Shown piece after piece: positions 10,165 to 19,540 of a DNA stretch of 64,000 bases. The notes beneath the pieces are model-generated. The model was not told the DNA's origin. It ran no database searches and saw nothing but the letters and a program-made list of their open reading frames with translations. This DNA is from an uncultured Bacilli bacterium (lineage in GTDB: Bacteria > Bacillota_I > Bacilli_A > RF39 > UBA660). The stretch covers positions 136,067 through 200,066 of the forward strand of contig CAKOXW010000001.1 in assembly GCA_934130375.1 (NCBI GenBank), in the 5' to 3' direction. Made by a program: the position numbers and the translations under genes. Each line of letters starts with the position of its first letter. Within the stretch, counting starts at the first letter, position 1.

Positions 10165-10848
10165 ATGAAAAAAATATTAATTGTTGAAGATGATATTGAA
10201 TTAAGAAATGAACTTGCTATATTTTTAAATAATAATGGTTTTAATTCGGTTTGTTTAGAAAATTTTTCTAATACTTTAAATGACATCTTATCTATTAATC
10301 CAGAATTGGTTTTACTTGATATTAATTTGCCTGGGTGTGATGGTGAATTTATATGTAGAGAATTAAGAAAGAAATCAAATGTTCCAATAATAATTATTAC
10401 AAGCAAAGATAGTGAACTTGATGAATTAGTAAGTATCAATAATGGAGCGGACCATTTTATTACTAAGCCTTTTAATATACAAATTCTTCTTGCGAAGATT
10501 AACTCTTTATTAAATCGTTCTAGTTTCACTAATACTGATATTATTGATGCTAAGGATTTTATTTTAAATGTGAGTAAATGTACTATAGAAAGTAGAGGAG
10601 TATGTATAGAGTTAACTAAGAATGAGTTTAGAATTCTAAGGTATTTAGTTTTAAATAGGAATAAGATTGTTACTAGGGAAGATATAATGAATAATTTATG
10701 GGATAGTGATTGTTTTATAGGTGATAGTACTTTAACTGTTAATATGACTAGAGTTAGAAACAAGTTAGAAAGTATTGGTTTAAAAGAATTATTAGTTACT
10801 AAAAGAGGTATTGGGTATATATTAAAGGAGAATAGTAATGAAATTTAG
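10165..10848 (+). CDS. OmpR-family response regulator, BceR-like
   Basis: Receiver domain (VEDDIELRN, LLDINLPGCDG, KPF) plus winged-helix (LTKNEFRILRYL...GIGY). First gene of an RR-HK-ABC module. Confidence 0.8.
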   Translation: MKKILIVEDDIELRNELAIFLNNNGFNSVCLENFSNTLNDILSINPELVLLDINLPGCDGEFICRELRKKSNVPIIIITSKDSELDELVSINNGADHFITKPFNIQILLAKINSLLNRSSFTNTDIIDAKDFILNVSKCTIESRGVCIELTKNEFRILRYLVLNRNKIVTREDIMNNLWDSDCFIGDSTLTVNMTRVRNKLESIGLKELLVTKRGIGYILKENSNEI

Positions 10849-11851
10849 TGATTTTATTAAAGATAAAATGCTTTCAATTATACTTCTTCTTTTTGGATTA
10901 ATTACTATAGAAATATTTTTTATGATATATACACTTCCTATATTTATTAAAATATATACTTTTTTAATAATAACTATTATGTACCTTGTTGGTATTATGT
11001 ATGAATATATAAAAAAGAAAAGGTATTATGAATATGTATTTAATATGTTAAATGAATTAGATGATAAATATTTAATATCAGAAATTATAAATACACCTAG
11101 TTTTACTGAAGGTAAAATATTAAAAGATATACTTATGGATATATGTAAATCTATGCATGAAAATGTAAATAAGTATAAATTAAATGAAATTGATTATAAA
11201 GAATATATTGAATTATGGATACATGAGATAAAGATACCTATCGCAACTACTAAGATGATTATTGAGAATAATAAGAGTAGTGTTACTAAGAGTATATCTG
11301 AAGAAGTAGATAAGATAGATAGTTATATTGAACAGGCACTTTATTATGCAAGGAGTAATAATGTATATAAAGACTACTATATTAAAAAGTGTAAGTTATC
11401 TGATATAGTAAATGATAGTATTAAGAAGAATAAAGTATCTTTAATAGAGAATAAAGTTGAAATTAGGGTTCATAATTTAGATTATAGTGTTAATACTGAT
11501 AGTAAATGGATTATGTTTATTTTAAATCAAATTACTGAGAATAGTATTAAATATAAGTCTAGTGATTCTGTACTTGAGTTTTATGGTAAGAAGAACAAGG
11601 ATAATGTAATTTTATATATAAAAGATAATGGTATTGGTATTAAAAATAGTGAAATAGATAGGGTATTTGATAAGGGGTTTACTGGTACGAATGGTAGACT
11701 TGATTTAAAGAAGTCTACTGGTATTGGGTTATATTTGTGTAAGAAGTTATGTTTAAAGTTAGGTATTAGTATTAATATTGAGTCTAAAGTAGGTAAGTAT
11801 ACAATTGTATCTTTAGTATTTCCAAATAGTAGTTATACTAATTTATCTTAA
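10838..11851 (+). CDS. Intramembrane-sensing histidine kinase, BceS-like
   Basis: Two N-terminal TM helices with no extracytoplasmic domain, H-box HEIKIPIATT, HATPase_c (DNGIGI, GTGIGL). Confidence 0.75.
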   Translation: MKFSDFIKDKMLSIILLLFGLITIEIFFMIYTLPIFIKIYTFLIITIMYLVGIMYEYIKKKRYYEYVFNMLNELDDKYLISEIINTPSFTEGKILKDILMDICKSMHENVNKYKLNEIDYKEYIELWIHEIKIPIATTKMIIENNKSSVTKSISEEVDKIDSYIEQALYYARSNNVYKDYYIKKCKLSDIVNDSIKKNKVSLIENKVEIRVHNLDYSVNTDSKWIMFILNQITENSIKYKSSDSVLEFYGKKNKDNVILYIKDNGIGIKNSEIDRVFDKGFTGTNGRLDLKKSTGIGLYLCKKLCLKLGISINIESKVGKYTIVSLVFPNSSYTNLS

Positions 11852-11852
11852 T

Positions 11853-11917
11853 GTTACAAAATTGTAGGATTTCTGTAATGTATTTCTATCGCAACTATTT
11901 TTCTTAAAGTATATAAT
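11853..11917 (+). promoter_or_regulatory. Candidate response-regulator operator (TGTTACA-n5-TGTAGGA-n4-TGTAATG direct repeats) plus TATAAT -10 (11912-11917) upstream of the ABC transporter genes
   Basis: Repeats and the -10 hexamer read directly. Architecture resembles BceR-binding sites upstream of bceAB (established knowledge). Assignment is inference. Confidence 0.3.
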
Positions 11918-11937
11918 TGGTTGCGAAAGGAGAAATT

Positions 11938-12705
11938 ATGAAAAATATATTGGAAGTTAAAAATGTAGAAAAGTATTATGGAGGTAGGTCTAATTTAACT
12001 AAGGCAGTAGATAATATTAGTTTTAATGTTAAGAAGGGTGAATTTGTAGGCATAATGGGTGCGAGTGGTAGTGGTAAGACTACTTTACTTAATTGTATTT
12101 CTACAATTGATAGAGTAACAACTGGTAATATATTTATTGATGGTTTAGATATTACTAAGTTAAAAGGTAATAAATTAAATAAGTTTAGAAGAGAAGAACT
12201 TGGTTTTATATTTCAAGATTTTAATTTATTAGATACTCTTACTGCTTTTGAGAATATAGCACTTGCGCTTACTATTCAAAAAATTAATGCTAATTCTATT
12301 GAAGAAAGAGTTAATGATATAGCGGAAAAGTTAGATATTAAGGGTATTTTAAATAAGTATCCATATCAATTAAGTGGTGGTCAAAAACAAAGAGTAGCTT
12401 CCGCAAGGGCAATAATTACTAATCCTAAATTGATACTTGCAGATGAACCAACTGGGGCGCTTGATTCTAAGTCTGCTAAGCAGTTATTAGAAATATTTAC
12501 AACTTTAAATGAAGATATTCATGCGACTATATTAATGGTTACACATGATGCATTTACAGCAAGTTATGCTGATAGAATTATATTTATTAAAGATGGTAAG
12601 ATATTTAATGAATTAGTTAAGGGTAATGATACTAGGAAAGAATTCTTTGAGAAGATAATTGAAGTACAAACTCTTCTTGGAGGTGAACTTAGCGATGTTA
12701 TTTAA
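11938..12705 (+). CDS. ABC transporter ATP-binding protein, BceA-like
   Basis: Walker A GASGSGKTT, signature LSGGQKQR, Walker B LILADEPTGALD. RBS AAAGGAGA before the ATG at 11938. Confidence 0.85.
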   Translation: MKNILEVKNVEKYYGGRSNLTKAVDNISFNVKKGEFVGIMGASGSGKTTLLNCISTIDRVTTGNIFIDGLDITKLKGNKLNKFRREELGFIFQDFNLLDTLTAFENIALALTIQKINANSIEERVNDIAEKLDIKGILNKYPYQLSGGQKQRVASARAIITNPKLILADEPTGALDSKSAKQLLEIFTTLNEDIHATILMVTHDAFTASYADRIIFIKDGKIFNELVKGNDTRKEFFEKIIEVQTLLGGELSDVI

Positions 12706-14752
12706 ATTATCATTAAAAAATATGAAGAAGAGTTTTAAAGATTATGCTATATACTTTATTACCTTAGTATTAGGTGTTTCAGTATTTTATATGTTTAATT
12801 CTCTTGATTCCCAAGAAGCAATGCTAGAAGTTTCAGCATCAACAAAAGAAATGATTAAACTTATGATTAATATGCTTTCTATGATTTCTGTATTTGTTGC
12901 AGTAGTACTTGGTCTTTTAATTGTATATGCGAATAGATTTTTAATAAATAGAAGAAAAAAAGAATTTGGTATTTATATGATTTTGGGTATGAGTAAGAAA
13001 CAAATATCTAGGATATTACTATTTGAAACATTATTTATTGGTATTATTTCTTTAGTAATTGGTCTTATAATTGGTGTATTTTTATCTCAGTTTGCATCAA
13101 TCTTAGTTGCTAAGTTGTTTGATGCGAATATGACTAAGTTTGAATTTGTATTTTCTCTATCAGCATGTATTAAAACATGTATATATTTTGCAGTTGCTTA
13201 TTTAGCAGTTATATTATTTAATGCATTTACAATATCTAAATATAAATTAATTGATTTAATTAATGCGAATAAGAAAAATGAACAAGTTAAGATGAAAAAT
13301 CCAGTTGTTTGTACAATAATATTTATTATATCTTCTATAGTTTTAGGATATGCTTATTATTTAGTAACTAATAAAATATTTACTGTTAAAAATCTCAATA
13401 CAGTAACAATGATGGTTGGTATTGCAATATTACTTGGTATTATTACAACTGTACTTATTTTCTATTCTATATCAGGTCTTATGTTAAAGATTTCTCAGTC
13501 TAATAAGAGTTCTTATTATAAAGGTACAAATATGTTTGTTCTAAGACAAATACATAATAAGATTAATACAACTGTTATAAGTATTAGTGTAATATGTTTA
13601 ATGTTATTTATGACTATTAGTGCATTATCTTCTTCTTTAGCGCTTAAAAATTCAATGCAGGAAGATGTTAGAAAAATGACACCGGTTGATGTAGTTATTA
13701 ATAAATCGGCATATTTAGATGATAGTAAATATGATAGTGCTTTAGTAAGTGATTCTAAGGAAAGTATTATTTATTCTTTAAGTAAGAACAATATTGATGT
13801 TAATTTATTAAAAGATATTAAAGAAGTACGTGTATATGAGGTTGATAATATTACTTGGAATACTACTTTAGGTACAGCTTCTGATGAGGTTAAGAATAAG
13901 TTTCCTAGTATGAAATTAGATACTAAAGAACAAATTATGAAGATATCTGAATATAATTTTATTGCAACTTTATATAATTTACCTACTTATTCATTAAATG
14001 ATGATGAATATATAATAGTATGCAATTATGAAAATATTGCTAATATTAGAAATTTAGGTCTTAGTAAAAATACTATTATAAATATAAAGGGTAGTAGTTT
14101 AAAGCCTAAGTATGATAAGTCTATGGATGGATTTATAGAGATATCTACAAGTCATACTAATGTTGGAATTATTCTTGTTCCTGATAATATTAATTTAAGT
14201 AATGATGAACAGGTGTTGTGGGTTTTAGCTGCTAATTATAATGCTTCTAGTGATAAAGATAAAAAAGAAATTGAAAAAATATTTGATGAAAGTGCTTTAG
14301 AAAGTATTGATGGTACTACATTAAAATCAAGTACTAAAATTCATATTGTAGAAGCAAGTGTTGGTGTATCTACCATAGTTGTATTTATTGCAATATATTT
14401 AGGAATTGTATTTTTAATTGTTAGTTGTGCTATTTTGGCATTAAAACAATTAACTGAAGCATCTGATAATAAGCAAAGATATACAATACTTAGAAAAATA
14501 GGGTGTAGTAATGAAATGATTAATAGTGCTTTATTTAAACAAATTGCAATATTCTTCTTACTTCCTTTAATTCTTGCAATTATTCACTCTATATTTAGTA
14601 TTAAGTTTGCTATGTCTATATTTGATACTCTAGCGTCTAAAGAGAAACTTTTACCATCTACTATTATGGCTGTTATAGTTATTGCAGTTGTATATATTGG
14701 TTATTTTATGGCAACTTATATTGGCTCTAAGAATATAATTAAGGAAGATTAA
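12695..14752 (+). CDS. ABC transporter permease, BceB-like (FtsX fold, large extracellular domain between TM7 and TM8)
   Basis: ~685 aa, 10 predicted TM segments with a ~200-aa extracellular loop. Start MLFKLSLKNMKK overlaps the ATPase stop. Confidence 0.8.
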   Translation: MLFKLSLKNMKKSFKDYAIYFITLVLGVSVFYMFNSLDSQEAMLEVSASTKEMIKLMINMLSMISVFVAVVLGLLIVYANRFLINRRKKEFGIYMILGMSKKQISRILLFETLFIGIISLVIGLIIGVFLSQFASILVAKLFDANMTKFEFVFSLSACIKTCIYFAVAYLAVILFNAFTISKYKLIDLINANKKNEQVKMKNPVVCTIIFIISSIVLGYAYYLVTNKIFTVKNLNTVTMMVGIAILLGIITTVLIFYSISGLMLKISQSNKSSYYKGTNMFVLRQIHNKINTTVISISVICLMLFMTISALSSSLALKNSMQEDVRKMTPVDVVINKSAYLDDSKYDSALVSDSKESIIYSLSKNNIDVNLLKDIKEVRVYEVDNITWNTTLGTASDEVKNKFPSMKLDTKEQIMKISEYNFIATLYNLPTYSLNDDEYIIVCNYENIANIRNLGLSKNTIINIKGSSLKPKYDKSMDGFIEISTSHTNVGIILVPDNINLSNDEQVLWVLAANYNASSDKDKKEIEKIFDESALESIDGTTLKSSTKIHIVEASVGVSTIVVFIAIYLGIVFLIVSCAILALKQLTEASDNKQRYTILRKIGCSNEMINSALFKQIAIFFLLPLILAIIHSIFSIKFAMSIFDTLASKEKLLPSTIMAVIVIAVVYIGYFMATYIGSKNIIKED

Positions 14753-14865
14753 AACAATTTAATATAATAAATAATTATACATTTGTTGGTTATAATATAA
14801 ATGTATAATTTTTGTATTTGAATATAAATAAATTAATGATACAATTATAATAGAAAGGAGTATAT

Positions 14866-15417
14866 ATGAAAGAGAAATTAAATAAGTTTTTTGTGTCTTC
14901 TATTATATTATCAATAATTATGTTTATAATAGGAATGATATTAATTATTTATCCGGAGGTATCATTTTTAACTATTACTTATATTTTAGCAGTAATGTTA
15001 ATTGTAAATGGAATATATTTCATTTTTGATAAGGAAACAAGTATATTATTCTCTTCATTTTTAACACTTGGTGTTTTAGAAGTAGTACTTGGTATTATAA
15101 TGCTTAGAAATCCTGATATAGTTAAGACATTATTTCCAATTGTAGTAGGTATTGTAATGATTACTAAGTCATCACTTGATTTAAGATTATCATTATTACT
15201 TAATGAAAATGGTTACAAAAACTGGTTGATATTATTTATATTATCAATTTTATCTATAGTATGCGGAATAGTAGTAATTGCTAATCCAACTATTGGTAGA
15301 GTTGCAATAACATCTTATATTGGTTTCATTATTGCATTCTATTCACTATCTGCATTAGTTGATACATTTATATTTAAGAAGAACATTAAGGATATAATTA
15401 AACTTATAGAGGGTTAA
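14866..15417 (+). CDS. HdeD/DUF308 family membrane protein
   Basis: Six short TM helices with the repeated pattern typical of DUF308. Confidence 0.5.
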   Translation: MKEKLNKFFVSSIILSIIMFIIGMILIIYPEVSFLTITYILAVMLIVNGIYFIFDKETSILFSSFLTLGVLEVVLGIIMLRNPDIVKTLFPIVVGIVMITKSSLDLRLSLLLNENGYKNWLILFILSILSIVCGIVVIANPTIGRVAITSYIGFIIAFYSLSALVDTFIFKKNIKDIIKLIEG

Positions 15418-15512
15418 TTAATCCTTTTTCTTTTAGTTACTTTACATATTTTAGAATTTTGTTCATTTACTAATATACTTGATAGTGATATAATTAAATT
15501 GGAGGTTGTTAT

Positions 15513-16049
15513 ATGTTTTGTAGTAATTGTGGTTCAGAAATAGAAAAGAAATATAAATTTTGTCCTAAGTGTGGAGAAAAATTAGAAATAAATAATGAAG
15601 AAGAAAAACCTAAAAGAGGAAGAAAGAAAAAAATAGTAGAAGAAGTCCCTATAGAACTAGAAAGTGAAGATAGTGCTTTAGAAGTAAGTAGTAATGAAAA
15701 ATTACTTGGTATTTTATCTTATTTAGGAATACTTTCTTTAATACCTTATTTTTGTGGCGATAAAAGTGAGTTTGTAAAGTATCATGCTACTCAAGGTTTA
15801 AACTTATTTCTAGTTAGTATTGTATATTTTGTTTTAAATCATTTGTTATCTTTAATTAAGATAACTAAGACAGTAGTGTCTTTTAATGGTGTAGTTGGTA
15901 CGGGAAGAGTAACTCCATTTATAATTAGATTTCCACTTCTTATGTGTGGAATATTCCTATGCATAATATCTATTATGGGTATTATATATGTATGCCAAGG
16001 TGAAAAGAAAGATTTACCAGTAGTAAAAGATATTAAAATAATTAAATAG
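15513..16049 (+). CDS. Zinc-ribbon + DUF4870-like membrane protein
   Basis: N-terminal CSNCG...CPKCG zinc ribbon, then a YHATQGLNL membrane domain. Confidence 0.5.
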   Translation: MFCSNCGSEIEKKYKFCPKCGEKLEINNEEEKPKRGRKKKIVEEVPIELESEDSALEVSSNEKLLGILSYLGILSLIPYFCGDKSEFVKYHATQGLNLFLVSIVYFVLNHLLSLIKITKTVVSFNGVVGTGRVTPFIIRFPLLMCGIFLCIISIMGIIYVCQGEKKDLPVVKDIKIIK

Positions 16050-16159
16050 TGTGCCTGACAAAAGGTGCGCTTTTTTTTATTTTTTTTATGTTTTAATAAA
16101 GAAAAGGAGATGATAATATTGTAGATGAGTTATCCATTCAGATTGAAAATAATAGTAAG

Positions 16160-16768
16160 ATGATTTATAAACTTGCTAATAGTTTTTCGTATAATTCAAG
16201 AGAGGATTTGTATCAAGTTGGAATACTTGGGTTAATTAATGCATATAGAAAATATGATAGTAGTCTTGGTATAAAGTTTTCTACTTATGCTTATCCATTT
16301 ATACTTGGTGAGATGAAAAAGTATATAAGAGAGAATAATGGTATAAAGATTAGTAGAGATATTATATATTTAAGTAAAAGATTAGATAAATTAATAGAAA
16401 TATTAAAGAATAAAACTCATAGAAATCCAACTACTAGTGAACTAGCAAGTATATTAGAAGTTTCTGAATGGAAAATAGTTGAAGCACTTGGAATTAGAAA
16501 TTGTATAAAGAGCCTAGATGAATATGTAAACGATGATGAAAATATATCTTATATTGATACCATCAAGGTGAGTGATGGTATTGATGAAATAGAATTTAAT
16601 GATATGTTAAGTACATTAAGTGATACTGAAAGAGAAATAATAAGTGAGAAATATTTTTATGATAAATCTCAATCTGAGATTGCTAGTAATTTAGGATATT
16701 CACAAGCTAAAGTTTCAAGGGAAGAGAAAAAGATATTAGTAAAATTAAAGAATTATTACAAAGTATAG
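16160..16768 (+). CDS. Sigma-70 family sigma factor of the SigF/SigG/SigB group; coding region probably begins upstream of the first ATG
   Basis: DLYQVGILGL, KFSTYAYPFILGEMKKYIRENNGIKISR and C-terminal ...QAKVSREEKKIL match regions 2-4 of SigF-type factors. The in-frame upstream codons (DDNIVDELSIQIENNSK) continue the alignment, and AAAGGAGA lies at 16102-16109. Confidence 0.75.
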   Translation: MIYKLANSFSYNSREDLYQVGILGLINAYRKYDSSLGIKFSTYAYPFILGEMKKYIRENNGIKISRDIIYLSKRLDKLIEILKNKTHRNPTTSELASILEVSEWKIVEALGIRNCIKSLDEYVNDDENISYIDTIKVSDGIDEIEFNDMLSTLSDTEREIISEKYFYDKSQSEIASNLGYSQAKVSREEKKILVKLKNYYKV

Positions 16769-16795
16769 AAAAATCTAATGGTTTTTCTATTTTTT

Positions 16796-16816
16796 GTGTA
16801 TTCTTGGGCTTAAGTA
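16796..16816 (+). repeat. Copy of the recurrent 3' motif GTGTATTCTTGGGCTTAAGTA
   Basis: One of five near-identical copies (5538, 16796, 26731, 31717, 49547) following AT-rich terminators. Confidence 0.6.
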
Positions 16817-17045
16817 ATAAAATTTACAAAAATTAAAAAAATTACAAATTTATTAAATTTGTAACTTTTTTATAACTAATTTATTAAATTTGCTTAAACA
16901 GATTTCTAAAATTGTAAGTGTTTTTTACTTTAAAACCTTAAAATTTGCGATTTGACATATATTTTTAAGTTGATATGATGACATTGGAATACTTAACATT
17001 AGGTGATTGCCTTCTTGATTTTTAGTGATGAAGGGAGGTATGTGT

Positions 17046-17114
17046 ATGGTCAAAGATGTAACAGTCTTATTACTTGTAATTATCCTTCTTCTATTTGTGG
17101 TACGCTACTTATAG
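17046..17114 (+). CDS. Putative 22-aa hydrophobic peptide MVKDVTVLLLVIILLLFVVRYL (type I toxin-like / small membrane protein)
   Basis: AAGGGAGG SD 7 nt upstream of the ATG. Single TM-length hydrophobic core. Lies in an otherwise ORF-free 520-bp intergenic region. Followed by hairpin cctaatc-ataag-gattagg (17130-17148). Confidence 0.3.
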   Translation: MVKDVTVLLLVIILLLFVVRYL

Positions 17115-17313
17115 TTGAAATAAAAAAATTACCTAATCATAAGGATTAGGCATTTCTCATTTATGGGCAACACCTAATACCAGGTTAAGTGTTCCTTTTA
17201 TATTTTATGAAGAATCTCTTCATGTATTCATGATAGCACATTTTTTAATATAAATCAATTGATTAAAGAATTATTTTAGTGTATACTTTATGTATAGTAG
17301 AAAGGGTGAAATA

Positions 17314-18633
17314 ATGAAGAAGAAAAATGGGTTTACTTTGGTTGAATTACTAGCAGTAATAGTAATACTCGCAATTATCTTAGTTATTGCGGTACCTAAA
17401 ATTACTGACACAATAAAAAATTCAAAGATTGCATCATTTGAGAGTAGTGCGAAAACTATTGCTGCGCAAGCAGAAAAGAAGAAAATGGAGAAAGAAATAC
17501 TAGAAGATACTGGAAGTATTAGTTGTAGTGACATTGTTAAATTAAATGATACTGATTATGGTAATTGTAGTATAACTTTCGATGGTAATACTGCTAAGGT
17601 TAGTTTAGTAGGAAAGGGTAAGTTTGAAGGACTATCAGTAATAAATGGTACTAAAGATAATGCAACTGCTGGTGAAGTTAAAATGCCTGAATATGGTAAA
17701 GGAACAACATTTATAAAGGCTTTATATGATAGTGATATATTAAGAAAAACAAATGGGCTTAAGAAAGACAATACAAGTGATGCAAATATAAGGTATGAAG
17801 GAGCAAATCCAAATAACTATGTATCATTTAATGATGAGCTATGGAGAATAATAGGAGTATTTGGTGATAACATTAAGTTAGTTAGAAGTGAACAATTAGG
17901 TAAATTATCGTGGGATAGTTCGGATTATTCAGTTAATATTGGTGATGGAGTAAATGAGTGGAGCCAAGCCGATTTAAAAGAATATTTAAATACAATGTAT
18001 TATGGCGGAACTAGTGTAACATGTTATGGCGGAAGAAGAAATGTAACTACGACATGTCCAAGTGGTAACATAAATTCATCTGCAAAGTCAATGATAAATA
18101 ATTATACTTGGAATACAGGTGCAATAAATTATGATGATACAACAATTGTAAATCAAGAAACATTTGCACTAAATACTGTACCATTTTATAATGCTGAAAG
18201 AGGTTCAGTAACTGGTAAAATATGCACAAGTGGAGATTTCTGTAATGACACAATTGAAAGAAAAACAACATGGCCGGGTTATGTAGCATTACCATATACA
18301 ACTGATTGGGCATATGCAAGTAGTGAGACTGCATGTGCAACTAATATGAAAGATGGTTTTGTTGCTGATACCTTGAATGTTGATAATATGACATGTAAGA
18401 AAAATAACTGGATGCATCATGGTAGTACAGTGAATGAAGGTATGTGGATGCTTTCGCCTGGTGCTTATTCCGTCTATGCTTACTACGTGTGGAGTGTCTC
18501 TGGTTCTGGAAATGTCTACAAAGCTTTTGCGGATATTGCACTTCCCGTTTTCCCATCCGTATATCTAAATACTGAAGTCAAAATAACAAGTGGAAGTGGT
18601 TCAAGTAGTGACCCATATATACTTGGTGTATAG
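17314..18633 (+). CDS. Modular type IV pilin-like protein 1 (prepilin N-terminus + ~110-aa pilin module + ~330-aa Cys/Trp-rich C-terminal module)
   Basis: MKKKNGFTLVELLAVIVILAIIL is a class III signal peptide with G|FTLVE. N-terminal ~110 aa are about 60% identical to the two paralogues at 31967 and 49825. RBS AGAAAGGGTG. Confidence 0.7.
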   Translation: MKKKNGFTLVELLAVIVILAIILVIAVPKITDTIKNSKIASFESSAKTIAAQAEKKKMEKEILEDTGSISCSDIVKLNDTDYGNCSITFDGNTAKVSLVGKGKFEGLSVINGTKDNATAGEVKMPEYGKGTTFIKALYDSDILRKTNGLKKDNTSDANIRYEGANPNNYVSFNDELWRIIGVFGDNIKLVRSEQLGKLSWDSSDYSVNIGDGVNEWSQADLKEYLNTMYYGGTSVTCYGGRRNVTTTCPSGNINSSAKSMINNYTWNTGAINYDDTTIVNQETFALNTVPFYNAERGSVTGKICTSGDFCNDTIERKTTWPGYVALPYTTDWAYASSETACATNMKDGFVADTLNVDNMTCKKNNWMHHGSTVNEGMWMLSPGAYSVYAYYVWSVSGSGNVYKAFADIALPVFPSVYLNTEVKITSGSGSSSDPYILGV

Positions 18634-18636
18634 ATT

Positions 18637-18663
18637 AAGTGCTAGTTTACTAGTGCTTTTTTT
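18637..18663 (+). terminator. Rho-independent terminator (aagtgctagt..actagtgctt + T7)
   Basis: Perfect inverted repeat followed by TTTTTTT immediately after the pilin-1 stop. Confidence 0.6.
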
Positions 18664-18711
18664 GATTGATTAATTGTTTAAAATATTTTATACTTATTAC
18701 AGGTGGTATTT

Positions 18712-19527
18712 ATGAATATGAAAGTACTAAATGATGATACTCTACTTAATTATTTGTTAAGTAATAAGTGCGGTAAATCTAAAAATAATATTAAGTCACT
18801 ACTTAAAAATAAATGTATATATGTAAATAATAAGTGCGTAACTAAATTTGATTACAAAATTTATAAAAATGATGTAATCTCGGTAAAACAAGGTAGGTGC
18901 GAAGTTGATATATTGTATGAAGATAACGATTTAATTGCGGTAAATAAAGAAGCAGGTTTATTAACTGTATCAATTGATAATAAAGATACAAAAACACTCT
19001 ACAAGGAAGTATCTAAGTATGTAAAAACTAAAAATAAGAACAACAAGGTATTTATTGTAAATAGATTAGATAGAGATACTTCTGGAATTGTTTTATTTGC
19101 TAAAAACCAAGAATTTAAGTATTTATTACAAGGTAGTTGGAATGAAATTGTAAGGGTAAGAAAGTATGATGCGATTGTACATGGGTGCTTAAAAAGTGAT
19201 GGGCATATTGAAAGTTATTTAACTGAAAATAAAGAGCATATCGTACATTCTTCGAATAATGGTAAGAAAGCCATTACTGATTTTAAAGTTGTTAAGTCTA
19301 AGGATGAATTTAGTTATATAGAAGTATATTTATCTACTGGTAGGAAAAATCAAATTAGAGTTCATTTAAAAGAATATGGTTATCCAATAGTTGGTGATAG
19401 AAAATATGGTATTAAAGATAATTCTAAAAGATTAATGCTTCATGCATCATATCTTGAATTTTTTAATCCTAAAACTAATAAAATTATAAAAATTACTTGT
19501 GATTGCCCATTTAAGGACTTTATTTAG
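18712..19527 (+). CDS. RluA family pseudouridine synthase
   Basis: S4-like N-terminus, catalytic RLDRDTSGIVLFAKN. RBS AGGTGG before the ATG at 18712. Confidence 0.8.
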   Translation: MNMKVLNDDTLLNYLLSNKCGKSKNNIKSLLKNKCIYVNNKCVTKFDYKIYKNDVISVKQGRCEVDILYEDNDLIAVNKEAGLLTVSIDNKDTKTLYKEVSKYVKTKNKNNKVFIVNRLDRDTSGIVLFAKNQEFKYLLQGSWNEIVRVRKYDAIVHGCLKSDGHIESYLTENKEHIVHSSNNGKKAITDFKVVKSKDEFSYIEVYLSTGRKNQIRVHLKEYGYPIVGDRKYGIKDNSKRLMLHASYLEFFNPKTNKIIKITCDCPFKDFI

Positions 19528-19540
19528 GAGGTATTTTTTT

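Noticed and set aside
10031-10168. 45-codon ORF (MLELVDESYEIDTNENIKEKLD...) ending in ATGA overlap with the BceR-like response-regulator start
   Set aside because: No Shine-Dalgarno sequence. Acidic low-complexity product. Most likely a chance ORF in the intergenic region, although translational coupling cannot be excluded.
17130-17148. Hairpin cctaatc-ataag-gattagg as a rho-independent terminator
   Set aside because: No T-tract follows on either strand, so it is noted only as a structure next to the small peptide ORF.
18047-18556. Two consecutive minus-strand ORFs (97 and 71 aa) opposite the 3' end of pilin-like gene 1
   Set aside because: They are caused by the locally raised GC of the sense gene. 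Translations are His/Gln/Tyr-rich nonsense.
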